Shown: positions 1 to 8,197, counted from the stretch's first letter. The stretch: DNA of 35,018 nucleotides from Eubacteriales bacterium (GCA_045644965.1 JAZRHW010000170.1:1-35018); one strand, 5' to 3'. The notes: generated from the sequence alone by a model not told the origin. Translations and numbers: made by a program.

Positions 1-24
1 TGTTCGCTTTTCCCACTCCCCCTC
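1..24. repeat. 24-bp terminal direct repeat identical to 34995..35018 (circular-assembly overlap)
   Basis: tgttcgcttttcccactccccctc is present at both window ends. A minus-strand ORF reads seamlessly through the junction. Confidence 0.9.
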
Positions 25-213
25 GCTCTGCTTGCGGTAGCCTGCGTTGTAAAGGATATTTGCCAACTGATTGGTAACTCTACCATCAACTGCGGGTACC
101 GTGATTACATCAAGTGCTTCTCCGTCACTATTAAAAAGCACCTTATCCACCCTTGCATCTTCCAACAGAAGATTAAGTGCTTTAATCTCCTCAATCTGCT
201 TCTCTCTGCTCAT
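1..213 (-). CDS. N-terminal 71 codons of a 110-aa junction-spanning protein (continues at 34994..34875); C-terminal zinc ribbon
   Basis: ATG at 213 is preceded by GGAAAGGAAG. The 213 nt give exactly 71 codons to position 1, and the frame continues at the right end of the window (MSREKQIEEIKALN...GEWEKRT/FILFDSEKVCFRCLKC...CPKCGAKM). Confidence 0.7.
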   Translation of the reverse strand, partial: MSREKQIEEIKALNLLLEDARVDKVLFNSDGEALDVITVPAVDGRVTNQLANILYNAGYRKQSEGEWEKRT

Positions 214-400
214 TCTCCCAAACTTCCTTTCCTGTATTTCTGTCGAGCCACACCTTGTCCTCGTAATAGTATTTGGCATTGCATTTGCAAAAAAGATTAC
301 CGCCTATAAAGTTTTCACAAACGGAGTGGCAAAACGGACATTCTTTCTTGTACCTATGGTCTTTATACATTTCCGCAGTTGTCTGCTTCTCTCTGCTCAT
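191..400 (-). CDS. hypothetical Cys-rich small protein (69 aa)
   Basis: ATG at 400 with AGGAGGG RBS. CPFC...C..C motif. Overlaps both neighbouring genes. Confidence 0.6.
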   Translation of the reverse strand: MSREKQTTAEMYKDHRYKKECPFCHSVCENFIGGNLFCKCNAKYYYEDKVWLDRNTGKEVWENEQREAD

Positions 401-650
401 CGTCTGCCCTCCTGTTCCAAGCGTTTATTGCTTTTTGTTTTGCTCTCTTTATATTATCCTCGTTCCTCAAAGGGCTTCTTGTGTTATTGAAAGCGTTGTA
501 TATAGGTGTAACGATGCCACATTTTCTGCATCCTGCAAATATGTATTTGTTGTGGTATTTCTTTAATACATATGGCACTTTATCCGACACAAAGCTCACC
601 TCTGCCTCACCCCCGCAAAACGGGCACGGCTTCAATTCAGTTTCTTTCAT
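363..650 (-). CDS. lar: Lar-family restriction-alleviation-like zinc-ribbon protein
   Basis: ATG with GGAG RBS. Motifs LKPCPFCGGEAEV, GCRKCG and KAINAWNRRA match the Lar pattern CPFCG...C..CG...A..AWNRR. Confidence 0.65.
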   Translation of the reverse strand: MKETELKPCPFCGGEAEVSFVSDKVPYVLKKYHNKYIFAGCRKCGIVTPIYNAFNNTRSPLRNEDNIKRAKQKAINAWNRRADDEQREADNCGNV

Positions 651-804
651 CCTCTTGATCTCCTTCCGTCAATTTCCATTGATAACCGTAGCTCTCTATG
701 ACTTTGATATTTCTTTTTACCGCTTCATAATCATCCGTACTGCACCAATCCGAAAATGCTTTTTCGTGCGGTCTTTTTGCTTGTAACTTATACTTTTTAC
801 ACAT
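637..804 (-). CDS. hypothetical small protein (55 aa)
   Basis: The ORF-track start at 879 lies inside the upstream gene. The internal ATG at 804 overlaps the upstream stop as ATGTGTAA. Confidence 0.5.
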   Translation of the reverse strand: MCKKYKLQAKRPHEKAFSDWCSTDDYEAVKRNIKVIESYGYQWKLTEGDQEDERN

Positions 805-1144
805 CGTTTTTTTGCAACCTCTCAACATAATCTTGTGGAAATTTGTTTTTTCTAAAAATTCGCTCCATCTCCTTATCAAGAGCGGGCATTACATCTTGTG
901 CGGTGCTTACGTTTTTATATCTTCTTTTCAATGTTTTGAAATTACCGATCACACGATAAAGTCTGTTTTCGCCAAATCCGAAATAATCGTGTAGCACAAT
1001 GCACATCATCTTTGTGTATTGAGTGAACAAAATAACTTCTTCTTCAGTCAAAGCTCTATCAACCTCACTCTTTACAAGATTATCAATAGCTTCCTTTTCT
1101 CTTGGGGGAAGATTAAGATATGATTTCGGCAAACGTGCGTCCAT
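797..1144 (-). CDS. hypothetical protein (115 aa)
   Basis: ATG at 1144 with GGGGTGAG RBS. Uninterrupted ORF in the gene-dense early operon. Confidence 0.75.
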   Translation of the reverse strand: MDARLPKSYLNLPPREKEAIDNLVKSEVDRALTEEEVILFTQYTKMMCIVLHDYFGFGENRLYRVIGNFKTLKRRYKNVSTAQDVMPALDKEMERIFRKNKFPQDYVERLQKNDV

Positions 1145-1148
1145 ACTC

Positions 1149-1775
1149 TCACCCCACTATCAACTCTGCATAAGGCAATGTCTCGATATACTTGCACAAC
1201 TCTCTCCATTCGTCAAGCTTGTGGTTCTTTCGTGCGTGATACATATTTCGCAATACTGCATAATTGAGCTGTACTGTGCGTTTTTGATTATATGAAGAGG
1301 GAAGAAGTTGTATCATCTGCCACCAATATTTTTTATCTCCCGTTTTGATGAAATCCTCTCTTGCAAAATTCAGTGTATCAATCGTAAACTGCAATATATC
1401 AACATTTGATTGAAGTATATCGTCATCGAACAAATGCTCATAACTGAAGTCATCAAGTGTAAATTCCTTTGCGTGGATCTTGTGCATTGTTGAGCAGGAA
1501 TTAGCTACCGTGCCAACCTTGTATGTGTCAAACTCTTTCCACCAATAAAGCGGTGCGGTGATGTCACAAGTGACTGTTATCATTCGCATAAACTTTGAGT
1601 GATCCGAACCTGCGGAAACAAGTCTTTTCATCAGGTCAAGGTCATTGTCTCCGATATTCCAAGCATCATCACGATAGAAGAAACTATCACTTTTCTCCCA
1701 ACTATTCAACGGATTTCGCATACCCCTGATGGCACTCTCCCAACCGTACACATCAGTTTTTTCTATTTTAATCAT
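1149..1775 (-). CDS. ThyX-like (flavin-dependent thymidylate synthase fold) protein with a non-canonical signature motif
   Basis: AGGAGGAG RBS. The segment DHSKFMRMITVTCDITAPLYWWKEFDTYKVGTVANSCS aligns by eye to the ThyX core (HETPFEH..F.F.V.API.V.RQ..RHR.xS...S), but RHR is replaced by TYK. Confidence 0.5.
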   Translation of the reverse strand: MIKIEKTDVYGWESAIRGMRNPLNSWEKSDSFFYRDDAWNIGDNDLDLMKRLVSAGSDHSKFMRMITVTCDITAPLYWWKEFDTYKVGTVANSCSTMHKIHAKEFTLDDFSYEHLFDDDILQSNVDILQFTIDTLNFAREDFIKTGDKKYWWQMIQLLPSSYNQKRTVQLNYAVLRNMYHARKNHKLDEWRELCKYIETLPYAELIVG

Positions 1776-1954
1776 TTTCTCTCTCCTCCTGTGTATATCT
1801 TTTTTGTGCTTACTATAAGTTCAACCATCGGTTGACGATTTATCAAGTCAATTACCAAATCTCTCAAAAAGTATCCATCCATACCGAAGTTTGGAAATGA
1901 TGGAGAAGCTTCTATTCTCTCGATCAGCTTATCCGCATCAATATATCGTGCCAT
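1772..1954 (-). CDS. hypothetical protein (60 aa)
   Basis: ATG with AAAGGAG RBS. ATGA overlap with the next gene. Confidence 0.65.
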   Translation of the reverse strand: MARYIDADKLIERIEASPSFPNFGMDGYFLRDLVIDLINRQPMVELIVSTKKIYTGGERK

Positions 1955-1966
1955 ATCATTCTCCTT

Positions 1967-2200
1967 TCAAATTCTCTTAAACTCGTGTTCAAGCATATTT
2001 TTTCTACCTTCAAAAGCATCGAATAAAAACTCCACTTCGTCACAAGTCAATGCGATAAAGTCCCCTTCTTCATTGTCGATAAAAATATTAGTTGAAGCTT
2101 CGTCAATTCTTTTGTTTTCTGTTATAAATTTAAGCAATTCTGCAATATGCAATATTTTTCGGTCAAGCACTTTCGCTTGTTCAAATTGCTCTTGTGTCAT
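1967..2200 (-). CDS. hypothetical protein (77 aa)
   Basis: The ORF-track start at 2326 lies inside the upstream gene. ATG at 2200 sits 1 nt after the upstream TGA stop. Confidence 0.6.
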   Translation of the reverse strand: MTQEQFEQAKVLDRKILHIAELLKFITENKRIDEASTNIFIDNEEGDFIALTCDEVEFLFDAFEGRKNMLEHEFKRI

Positions 2201-2201
2201 C

Positions 2202-2555
2202 TCACTCACCGCCTTTCGGAGCTTCGGGAAGGGGCATCCAATGGGTGATGCTTCTTCCTTTGTCCTTCTGTCCCCAATGACCGCCTTTGTTTTCGGGATA
2301 TGTATAGAATTTAGTTTGATATACATTGCCTTTTAGTGTGCATACAAGGTATTTTCCGCTTTCGCTCGGTTTTCTCTCCTCAACGCTTATCCACTCGACT
2401 TTGCGGTAGTCTGCACAGTAAATGCGTTCGGCACAATACCCATATATACATTCAAGCTCGCAGGGATCACCATCCGAAGCACAGTTTCCGTTCGGCTGAT
2501 AATTTCTGCACATTTTTCTCGCCATCTCCTCAATAATCTGCTTCTCGTTGCTCAT
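2202..2555 (-). CDS. DUF551-type phage protein with Cys-rich N-terminus
   Basis: GGGGAGG RBS. The C-terminus WISVEERKP...GKYLV...ITHWMPLPEAP is the DUF551 pattern. Confidence 0.6.
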   Translation of the reverse strand: MSNEKQIIEEMARKMCRNYQPNGNCASDGDPCELECIYGYCAERIYCADYRKVEWISVEERKPSESGKYLVCTLKGNVYQTKFYTYPENKGGHWGQKDKGRSITHWMPLPEAPKGGE

Positions 2556-2558
2556 TGT

Positions 2559-2972
2559 TTACCTCCCCGTGCTTCCAAAGCCACCGTTTCCTCGCTCGGT
2601 TTCGTCCAACTCATCAACCAACTCAAAATTTGGAGTTAAAATAGGCACAATTACTAATTGCGATATTTTATCACCCGCTTTAAGTTCATACGGCTTTTCG
2701 CTGTGATTGAACAACTTTACTGCGATGCTTCCCGTGTAGCCAACATCAATTACACCGTCAACGGTTGTTATATCGTGCTTAACATTCAAGCCACTCTTGC
2801 TCTTTAACACTCCCATCGTGTTTGGTGGGAGTTCAATGTGAACCCCCGTATCAATAACCACCGATTTTTTTGACTTAATCGTTACATCGTGAGGTGCTCT
2901 CAAATCTGCTCCCGCATCCGTTGCGTGTGCTCTTTCGGGCATATAAGCCCATTTTTCAAGTTTGACTTTCAT
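2559..2972 (-). CDS. dut: dUTP diphosphatase
   Basis: Trimeric dUTPase motifs seen: AGADLRAP, GVIDVGYTG and the C-terminal RGNGGFGSTGR. Confidence 0.9.
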   Translation of the reverse strand: MKVKLEKWAYMPERAHATDAGADLRAPHDVTIKSKKSVVIDTGVHIELPPNTMGVLKSKSGLNVKHDITTVDGVIDVGYTGSIAVKLFNHSEKPYELKAGDKISQLVIVPILTPNFELVDELDETERGNGGFGSTGR

Positions 2973-2977
2973 ATTTT

Positions 2978-3175
2978 TTATTTTCCTTTCGTGTATTTCT
3001 TTTCATAACACTCTTTGCAAAGATAAGGTGCGTTGTAATTTATCGCAGGATTCACATCGTCAACATAGCAATAAACCTCGTTAGACGGTTTCGGTGTTCC
3101 GCATCCTTCACATTTTCCGTTATATTTTCTCGGCTTTGCGTATTTTCTTCTTGGCTGATAATAACCTTTTGCCAT
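2978..3175 (-). CDS. hypothetical zinc-ribbon miniprotein (65 aa)
   Basis: AAGGAG RBS. CEGCG...CKEC pairs and a basic N-terminus. Confidence 0.65.
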   Translation of the reverse strand: MAKGYYQPRRKYAKPRKYNGKCEGCGTPKPSNEVYCYVDDVNPAINYNAPYLCKECYEKKYTKGK

Positions 3176-3185
3176 ATCATTCTCC

Positions 3186-4019
3186 TTATATTCCTAAAAT
3201 GTTTTTCATATCATCACGGGAATTTATCAGCTTTTTCATTCTTCTGCTTTCTCCCGTAACCTCGACAGGATAACAACGCTCCAAGATCCTGTCATATACT
3301 CTTTTGTCCGCAAGCTCGCTTTCCGTTGCTAACTTCTGCATCGTCAGGTTGGTTGTTATGATCATTGGAAGTCCTGCTCTGTATCTGCTATCAATGATAT
3401 TGAATACTTGCTCTTTGGCATATCCTGTGTCCCTCTCAATGCCCAAATCGTCAATTATAAGCAACCTGAATTGATTAAGGCTATCAAGATATTCCTGCTT
3501 ATCAAAAGTGCCTTGTAACGTGCTTAAAATCCTTGCAAAATTGGTAACTAAAACGGGATAACCTTTATCAATAAGAGCATTGGCGATCATACAAGCTATA
3601 TAGGTTTTTCCCGTACCGACACCGCCATATAACAGCAGTCCTTTACCGTCTTTGCAAAAAGCATCAAAGTGATTAACATATCGCCTTGCCATATTCGTGA
3701 GCTTTTCGTTTCCAAGATCATCATTGTCAAAAGTCCAATACTGCATTTGACTTTGAGGAAAGCCCATATTTCTGTACTTATTTATTCTTTCTGCAAATGC
3801 TTTTTTTCTCTCGGCTTCTTCCTCTCGATCTCTCTGCTCACATCCGCATTTGCACAAGACTTTAGGGAAGATAACCATATCCATTATTTCAACCCTTTTT
3901 TGCTTCGGAGTATTGCATTTCCCGCAGTATAGCAATCCATCCTTGACATAATCACCCTCTTCAGTTTTTATAGCTTCGTTAGCCCTTGCTTCAAGATTTT
4001 TCATATACTGCTGAAACAT
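3186..4019 (-). CDS. DnaC/IstB-like AAA+ helicase loader
   Basis: Walker A LLLYGGVGTGKTY and Walker B LLIIDDLG. The track start at 4028 is GTG abutting the RBS, whereas ATG at 4019 has GGAGG 9 nt upstream. Confidence 0.85.
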   Translation of the reverse strand: MFQQYMKNLEARANEAIKTEEGDYVKDGLLYCGKCNTPKQKRVEIMDMVIFPKVLCKCGCEQRDREEEAERKKAFAERINKYRNMGFPQSQMQYWTFDNDDLGNEKLTNMARRYVNHFDAFCKDGKGLLLYGGVGTGKTYIACMIANALIDKGYPVLVTNFARILSTLQGTFDKQEYLDSLNQFRLLIIDDLGIERDTGYAKEQVFNIIDSRYRAGLPMIITTNLTMQKLATESELADKRVYDRILERCYPVEVTGESRRMKKLINSRDDMKNILGI

Positions 4020-4024
4020 CCATA

Positions 4025-4681
4025 TCACCCTCCAAACATCTTTAGCAGTTCTTCCTCTTGTTTACTCGGTTGCTTGTCTTGCTTTTTTGCTGTCTTGCTT
4101 GACTTCTCCCAAGTGATCAGCTTCTGTTTCCAATTCTTAACCTTGTTGCCCTTTGCATCCACCCAATCACCCGCTGAATAGTAATCAAAGAAGTGTTTTG
4201 CATCAACACCGTTGTTTCGTTCTTTGCAATATGCTTCTATTTCCTCTAAGGTCGGTGGCACAAATATATTTGTTTTTTTATTTGGTTTTTTATTTGTGTT
4301 TATATTTGGTATAGGTCGGACATTTTCAGCATCTCCATCGGACATTTTTGCACCATCCATCGGACATTTTTGCACTATGGATTTGCCCTTTTTGGTAAAT
4401 GCGTACCACAGCGTTCTGTCATAGGAAACCGTGTTATAGTTTCCGACTTTTATGATCTCTTCTTCTCTAAGGTGTTTCAAGGCAAGTTTAATTTGCCTTT
4501 CCGATACATAAGGGAACAACTCATTGAACGCTCTTGTGCTATTGTAAGTCCAATACTCACCGTCAAAAAAGTTTGTTTCGTTGGCTCGGTTCTTTTCTAT
4601 CCAATACCACAGATTATTTAATAAGATCGCTTCTAATATGCCGTATTCTTTTGCTATATCTATATCGAACGAGTGTTGCAT
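4025..4681 (-). CDS. phage replisome organizer / DnaD-like replication protein
   Basis: GGAGGGTGA RBS. N-terminal winged-helix-like region plus the conserved phage C-terminus PTLEEIEAYC...FFDYY...GW...NWK..L..W. Confidence 0.7.
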   Translation of the reverse strand: MQHSFDIDIAKEYGILEAILLNNLWYWIEKNRANETNFFDGEYWTYNSTRAFNELFPYVSERQIKLALKHLREEEIIKVGNYNTVSYDRTLWYAFTKKGKSIVQKCPMDGAKMSDGDAENVRPIPNINTNKKPNKKTNIFVPPTLEEIEAYCKERNNGVDAKHFFDYYSAGDWVDAKGNKVKNWKQKLITWEKSSKTAKKQDKQPSKQEEELLKMFGG

Positions 4682-4896
4682 TTTTCACCCTCCGCAAATG
4701 AGTATTTGGCAAAGCTGACCGTCTTTCCGTATCTGTTCTTGACACTAACCGTTTCGATCTTGAAAGTCATTCCGTCTTTTCGCATCTCGCTGATTCGTGT
4801 AGCGAGCTTCGTGATGCCAAGATCCGAAAAGGCTTGCATCGGTGTAATGCTCCCAAATTCTTCTATGTACTGTAAAATAGCCTCTCTCTGTGTCAT
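4660..4896 (-). CDS. small winged-helix/HTH DNA-binding protein (78 aa)
   Basis: The first 63 codons of the ORF-track ORF overlap the upstream gene. ATG at 4896 has an AAAGGAG RBS. Sequence MTQREAILQYIEEFGSITPMQAFSDLGITKLATRISEMRKDG. Confidence 0.65.
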   Translation of the reverse strand: MTQREAILQYIEEFGSITPMQAFSDLGITKLATRISEMRKDGMTFKIETVSVKNRYGKTVSFAKYSFAEGEKCNTRSI

Positions 4897-4909
4897 TTTT
4901 TGCTCCTTT

Positions 4910-5209
4910 CTAATCGCACCAACTACAAGATCCAAAAGACAAGCAATCAAGCTCTTTGCATATTTGCTCATATTCGGCTTGCGTGATTTTGTATTTGTCA
5001 AGCACTTCCGTTGTACTTTTTTTGGGGATAAATTGCATATTGCCACAACCATAATAAAAGTCTCTCTCGGGTGGATCTGTATCAAATTGTGTACCGAAAT
5101 CGTCCGTTAGAGCTTCAATTCCGTTTATTACGAATGTTCTCATATAGCAATAACACTCTCCAACTCTGGCTTTCAGGTCGCTCCCGTCTTTAAGTTTTAT
5201 TTGTGTCAT
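4910..5209 (-). CDS. hypothetical Cys-rich protein (99 aa)
   Basis: AAGGAG RBS and ATG at 5209. Confidence 0.7.
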   Translation of the reverse strand: MTQIKLKDGSDLKARVGECYCYMRTFVINGIEALTDDFGTQFDTDPPERDFYYGCGNMQFIPKKSTTEVLDKYKITQAEYEQICKELDCLSFGSCSWCD

Positions 5210-5519
5210 TTTCCCACTCCTTATATAACTTCATAAAATCGTCAATTTCCATTGTTACAAGCCACTTGCTATTATTCTTTCGGTGGAACACCGCAGGAAG
5301 TTCATCGGCTTTCTTATCGTGCTTTGCCTGTGCCATCGCATCGTAAAGATTTAATCTTTCCACCCTTTTACATTCAATGTGTAATTTGGGAAGCCCGACA
5401 ACATCGGCATCGCCATTAGCACCGCAATACTGTTGACCCCTTCTGCAATCGTAACCATATTCTCTTAGTTTGCTTGCAAGCTCTCTTTCTCCCCTTGCTC
5501 CCTTATCTCTACTATTCAT
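5190..5519 (-). CDS. Hjc/RecU-like PD-(D/E)XK nuclease, putative Holliday junction resolvase
   Basis: KGARGERELASKL...DADVVG...HIECK is the pattern of archaeal-type resolvases. ATG at 5519 forms an ATGA overlap with the upstream stop (the track start at 5525 is TTG). Confidence 0.6.
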   Translation of the reverse strand: MNSRDKGARGERELASKLREYGYDCRRGQQYCGANGDADVVGLPKLHIECKRVERLNLYDAMAQAKHDKKADELPAVFHRKNNSKWLVTMEIDDFMKLYKEWENDTNKT

Positions 5520-5827
5520 AACCAACTCCTACCGTACCTTTTCCTAAATTGTTCTTCGGTCTTTCCGTAAAACTCCATCCACCTTAACTGAGCTTTCCTT
5601 TTTGCATACAAATCAAATTCTTTGTTTGCGTGTATTCCTTTATCGCTCATATTGTGATCTTCAGGTCGAAGGAATATTACCAAGCCATCTTCTATTGACT
5701 TGTTTCTATTGCCATTGGAAAAACCGTAAAAGATTTCGTGCCTGTGGCTACCCTCAAATCTTTGTGTACTCCACCTAACATCAGGCTTCATAATGCAAAA
5801 TTCCGTCTTTTTACTCACTCGCACCAC
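5516..5827 (-). CDS. hypothetical protein with His-Me-finger-like motif (possibly Ref/DUF968-like)
   Basis: HRHEIFYG..NRNKSIEDGLVIFL...H...GIH. Start uncertain: GTG at 5827, 5824 or 5818, or ATG at 5791. Confidence 0.6.
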   Translation of the reverse strand: MVRVSKKTEFCIMKPDVRWSTQRFEGSHRHEIFYGFSNGNRNKSIEDGLVIFLRPEDHNMSDKGIHANKEFDLYAKRKAQLRWMEFYGKTEEQFRKRYGRSWL

Positions 5828-5842
5828 TCCTCCTCGCTTTTC

Positions 5843-6589
5843 TTAATTGATGATGTATTTTTGTTCGTTTGGTTCATCGAACATTGATGTTTGATAATCA
5901 GGTTCTATAAACCACTTATAATTTCGTAACGGATAAAAATCAGGCTTTTCGGCTCTAACAACATCTTGCAAGTGCAACAAGATATTGAAGGCTTCAGGGT
6001 AGTCCGAAAACCACCGTTTTCTTTCGTTGGCTTTAGCGTTAAAACACAAAGCACAACCATCTCTCGAACGGTCGCTATAAACAGGTGAGTAAGCATTATG
6101 TTCCAAGCACAATCTAACACAATCTTTTTGTGTGTATTCTTCTTCAACAAGAATAGATCTCACCTTGTCATTTAATTGGTTTTGTCTGCTCTTTTCATCC
6201 CAAGCAATTCCAATACTTTCGTAATCATAATAACCAACATCGCACTGTTTACAGGCTTTCATTTTGCTATCTCGCTTAAAGCCACATTGTCCACGAATAA
6301 AACACGGAAAACCAAAAATTCTGCCCTTGTGTTTTCCTCGTGTGGCTCTATGAAGAACATAATCGACATAAGTCATACCTGATACAATAAAAACCTCAGC
6401 ACCCAAAGAACGAAAGTAATCAGCCGTTTTCAAGATGAATTGATAATGATCTTTAAGAATGAGAGGAATTTCTTCGGTGAACATTGGCACATAGCAAACC
6501 GCCTTAACCTTATCACCTCGTTTCAAGTGAAGTATAACTGTCGCAGTGCTGTCCTTGCCACCGCTCCACCCCACTTTAACAATCGCCAT
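5843..6589 (-). CDS. PP-loop ATPase, PAPS-reductase/DndC-like family
   Basis: GGGAGG RBS. N-terminal WSGGKDST PP-loop (SGGxDS) and C-terminal Cys cluster GCALC. Confidence 0.75.
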   Translation of the reverse strand: MAIVKVGWSGGKDSTATVILHLKRGDKVKAVCYVPMFTEEIPLILKDHYQFILKTADYFRSLGAEVFIVSGMTYVDYVLHRATRGKHKGRIFGFPCFIRGQCGFKRDSKMKACKQCDVGYYDYESIGIAWDEKSRQNQLNDKVRSILVEEEYTQKDCVRLCLEHNAYSPVYSDRSRDGCALCFNAKANERKRWFSDYPEAFNILLHLQDVVRAEKPDFYPLRNYKWFIEPDYQTSMFDEPNEQKYIIN

Positions 6590-7022
6590 ACCATTCCTCC
6601 CTTGTATCTATCCCAAGCTCACCGCATACCTGCATTGTTATCTCTATAAGCTCGTTCATCTCAGCAGTATTCATCTTTGAGCTACCAAGATATACCTTGT
6701 AAATAAAACAATCTTTACCGTTGACTTCTTGCATCCGAATGAATTTCACACCCCTGAATGACTTTCGCAAGTCATCTGCCATATCTACCGCAGTAATCAC
6801 ATAATCGCTTAAAGCATCTGCTCTCTCCAACACCGCACAATATACATCCATATCGTCTTGATAGGTTTCTTTTGCGATACGATGAATGAGCTTCCATAGG
6901 AGCTTGTTTTGTTCCAAGCTCCTTTTGGATTTCGGCTCTTTAATTTCGCAGACATAGATTTTATCCATATCTAACTTTAATAGATCGGTGATTATCTCTT
7001 TTATCTTTCCTGCCGTTTTCAT
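6576..7022 (-). CDS. NinB/Orf-like recombination mediator
   Basis: KRSLEQNKLLWKLIHRI resembles lambda NinB NRSLDQNRKLWACLGDV. Placed next to SSB in the recombination module. Confidence 0.5.
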   Translation of the reverse strand: MKTAGKIKEIITDLLKLDMDKIYVCEIKEPKSKRSLEQNKLLWKLIHRIAKETYQDDMDVYCAVLERADALSDYVITAVDMADDLRKSFRGVKFIRMQEVNGKDCFIYKVYLGSSKMNTAEMNELIEITMQVCGELGIDTREEWYGDC

Positions 7023-7025
7023 AAC

Positions 7026-7436
7026 TTAAAAGGGTAAATCATCATCAGTTTTAAGTTCTTCAAACTTTACATCCTTAAAAGGATCTGCTTCTTCAAAGGA
7101 TGACTTCTGTTCTTCCTGCTTCTTTGTCTGCAAAAACTCAACATTTTCAACGATAATTTCTGTTACGTAAACCTTCTTGCCCTCTTTGTTGGTGTAGTTT
7201 CTTGTTTGAAGTCTGCCCTCGATTCCAACCTGATCACCCTTCTTAACATATCTGCTGATCGTTTCCGCAAGCTTGCTAAAGGCAATGCAATTGAAGAAGT
7301 CGCTTTCGTACTCACCGCTTGCATTCTTAAATGTTCTCTTGACAGCGATGCTAAATAATGCTACCGATGTTCCCGATGTGGTCTGTTTCAGTTCCACATT
7401 GGCTGTTGTGCGACCTATTATAATAACCTTATTCAT
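7026..7436 (-). CDS. ssb: single-stranded DNA-binding protein
   Basis: OB-fold N-terminus MNKVIIIGRTTANVELKQT and acidic tail ending DDDLPF. Confidence 0.9.
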   Translation of the reverse strand: MNKVIIIGRTTANVELKQTTSGTSVALFSIAVKRTFKNASGEYESDFFNCIAFSKLAETISRYVKKGDQVGIEGRLQTRNYTNKEGKKVYVTEIIVENVEFLQTKKQEEQKSSFEEADPFKDVKFEELKTDDDLPF

Positions 7437-7608
7437 CCCTGTTTACCTCGTTTTCCTTGTACTTCTCAATATCTTGTCTAAGCTCCGCAATCACTGCTTT
7501 GAGTTCCGCAACCTCTCTTTCCGCTCTCTCTTTTTCCCATACAAGAATGGCAATGCGGTCATCCTTTTTTGCCAAAATTTCGTTAATTGCTTTCATCAAT
7601 GCTTCCAT
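7429..7608 (-). CDS. hypothetical coiled-coil protein (59 aa)
   Basis: The track start at 7620 is GTG. ATG at 7608 follows the upstream TAA. Heptad-rich charged sequence. Confidence 0.55.
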   Translation of the reverse strand: MEALMKAINEILAKKDDRIAILVWEKERAEREVAELKAVIAELRQDIEKYKENEVNRDE

Positions 7609-7609
7609 A

Positions 7610-8197
7610 TTATTTCTCACTTTCTAAAAATTCATTTAGTAGGTTTAGTGTTACTTCCTCGTTGATCGGGAGAAGATTAAACTTTCGTACCGTCTCCCTC
7701 AAATGCGTGTATGATAAGAAGTCCACCGTCTTGTTATAGGTTTGTTCGTATGCTAACTTGTAAAAGTTCAGTTGATACGCTATCTTTTGTTTGTTAGGTG
7801 CTGACACCCTCTTAAAATCGTTTATACCGCACTTTCCGTCCATCTCGATAACTTGGTCAAGTGTGCCAACAAAAAGCACTGTACCGTCTTTTTCATAGAT
7901 CACAGGCACTTCGTTCGCTATGTTTGTAAAGCCGTGATGCTTTTTCAAAAATAGATAGTTCTTAAATTCCCTCAACTCGCTCGTTGTTCCGTCTCGCTCA
8001 TAACGTTCAATCGCTTCGTGCAGTTCCGTTCCCCTTTCACTCGCTCGTTGCAAGACCTCCCGTGATACAGATCCGTAGTCATTGAATTTATAGGCAAGAA
8101 TGTTTGATACGCACGGTGTGAGCATTCCGTCCACTAAATATTGGTGTGTTTCGGGTATAAATTCAACGATATGCCCGTTGATCTCAAATGTTTTCAC
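7610..8197 (-). CDS. PD-(D/E)XK (Cas4/YqaJ-like) exonuclease, partner of ERF
   Basis: GTELHEAIE...VGTLDQV...INDFKR...QLNFYKLAY matches the D..(D/E)xK..QL..Y pattern. The track start at 8254 is TTG. GTG at 8197 has a GAAGGAAGG RBS and follows the stop of the mini-ORF. Confidence 0.7.
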   Translation of the reverse strand: MKTFEINGHIVEFIPETHQYLVDGMLTPCVSNILAYKFNDYGSVSREVLQRASERGTELHEAIERYERDGTTSELREFKNYLFLKKHHGFTNIANEVPVIYEKDGTVLFVGTLDQVIEMDGKCGINDFKRVSAPNKQKIAYQLNFYKLAYEQTYNKTVDFLSYTHLRETVRKFNLLPINEEVTLNLLNEFLESEK

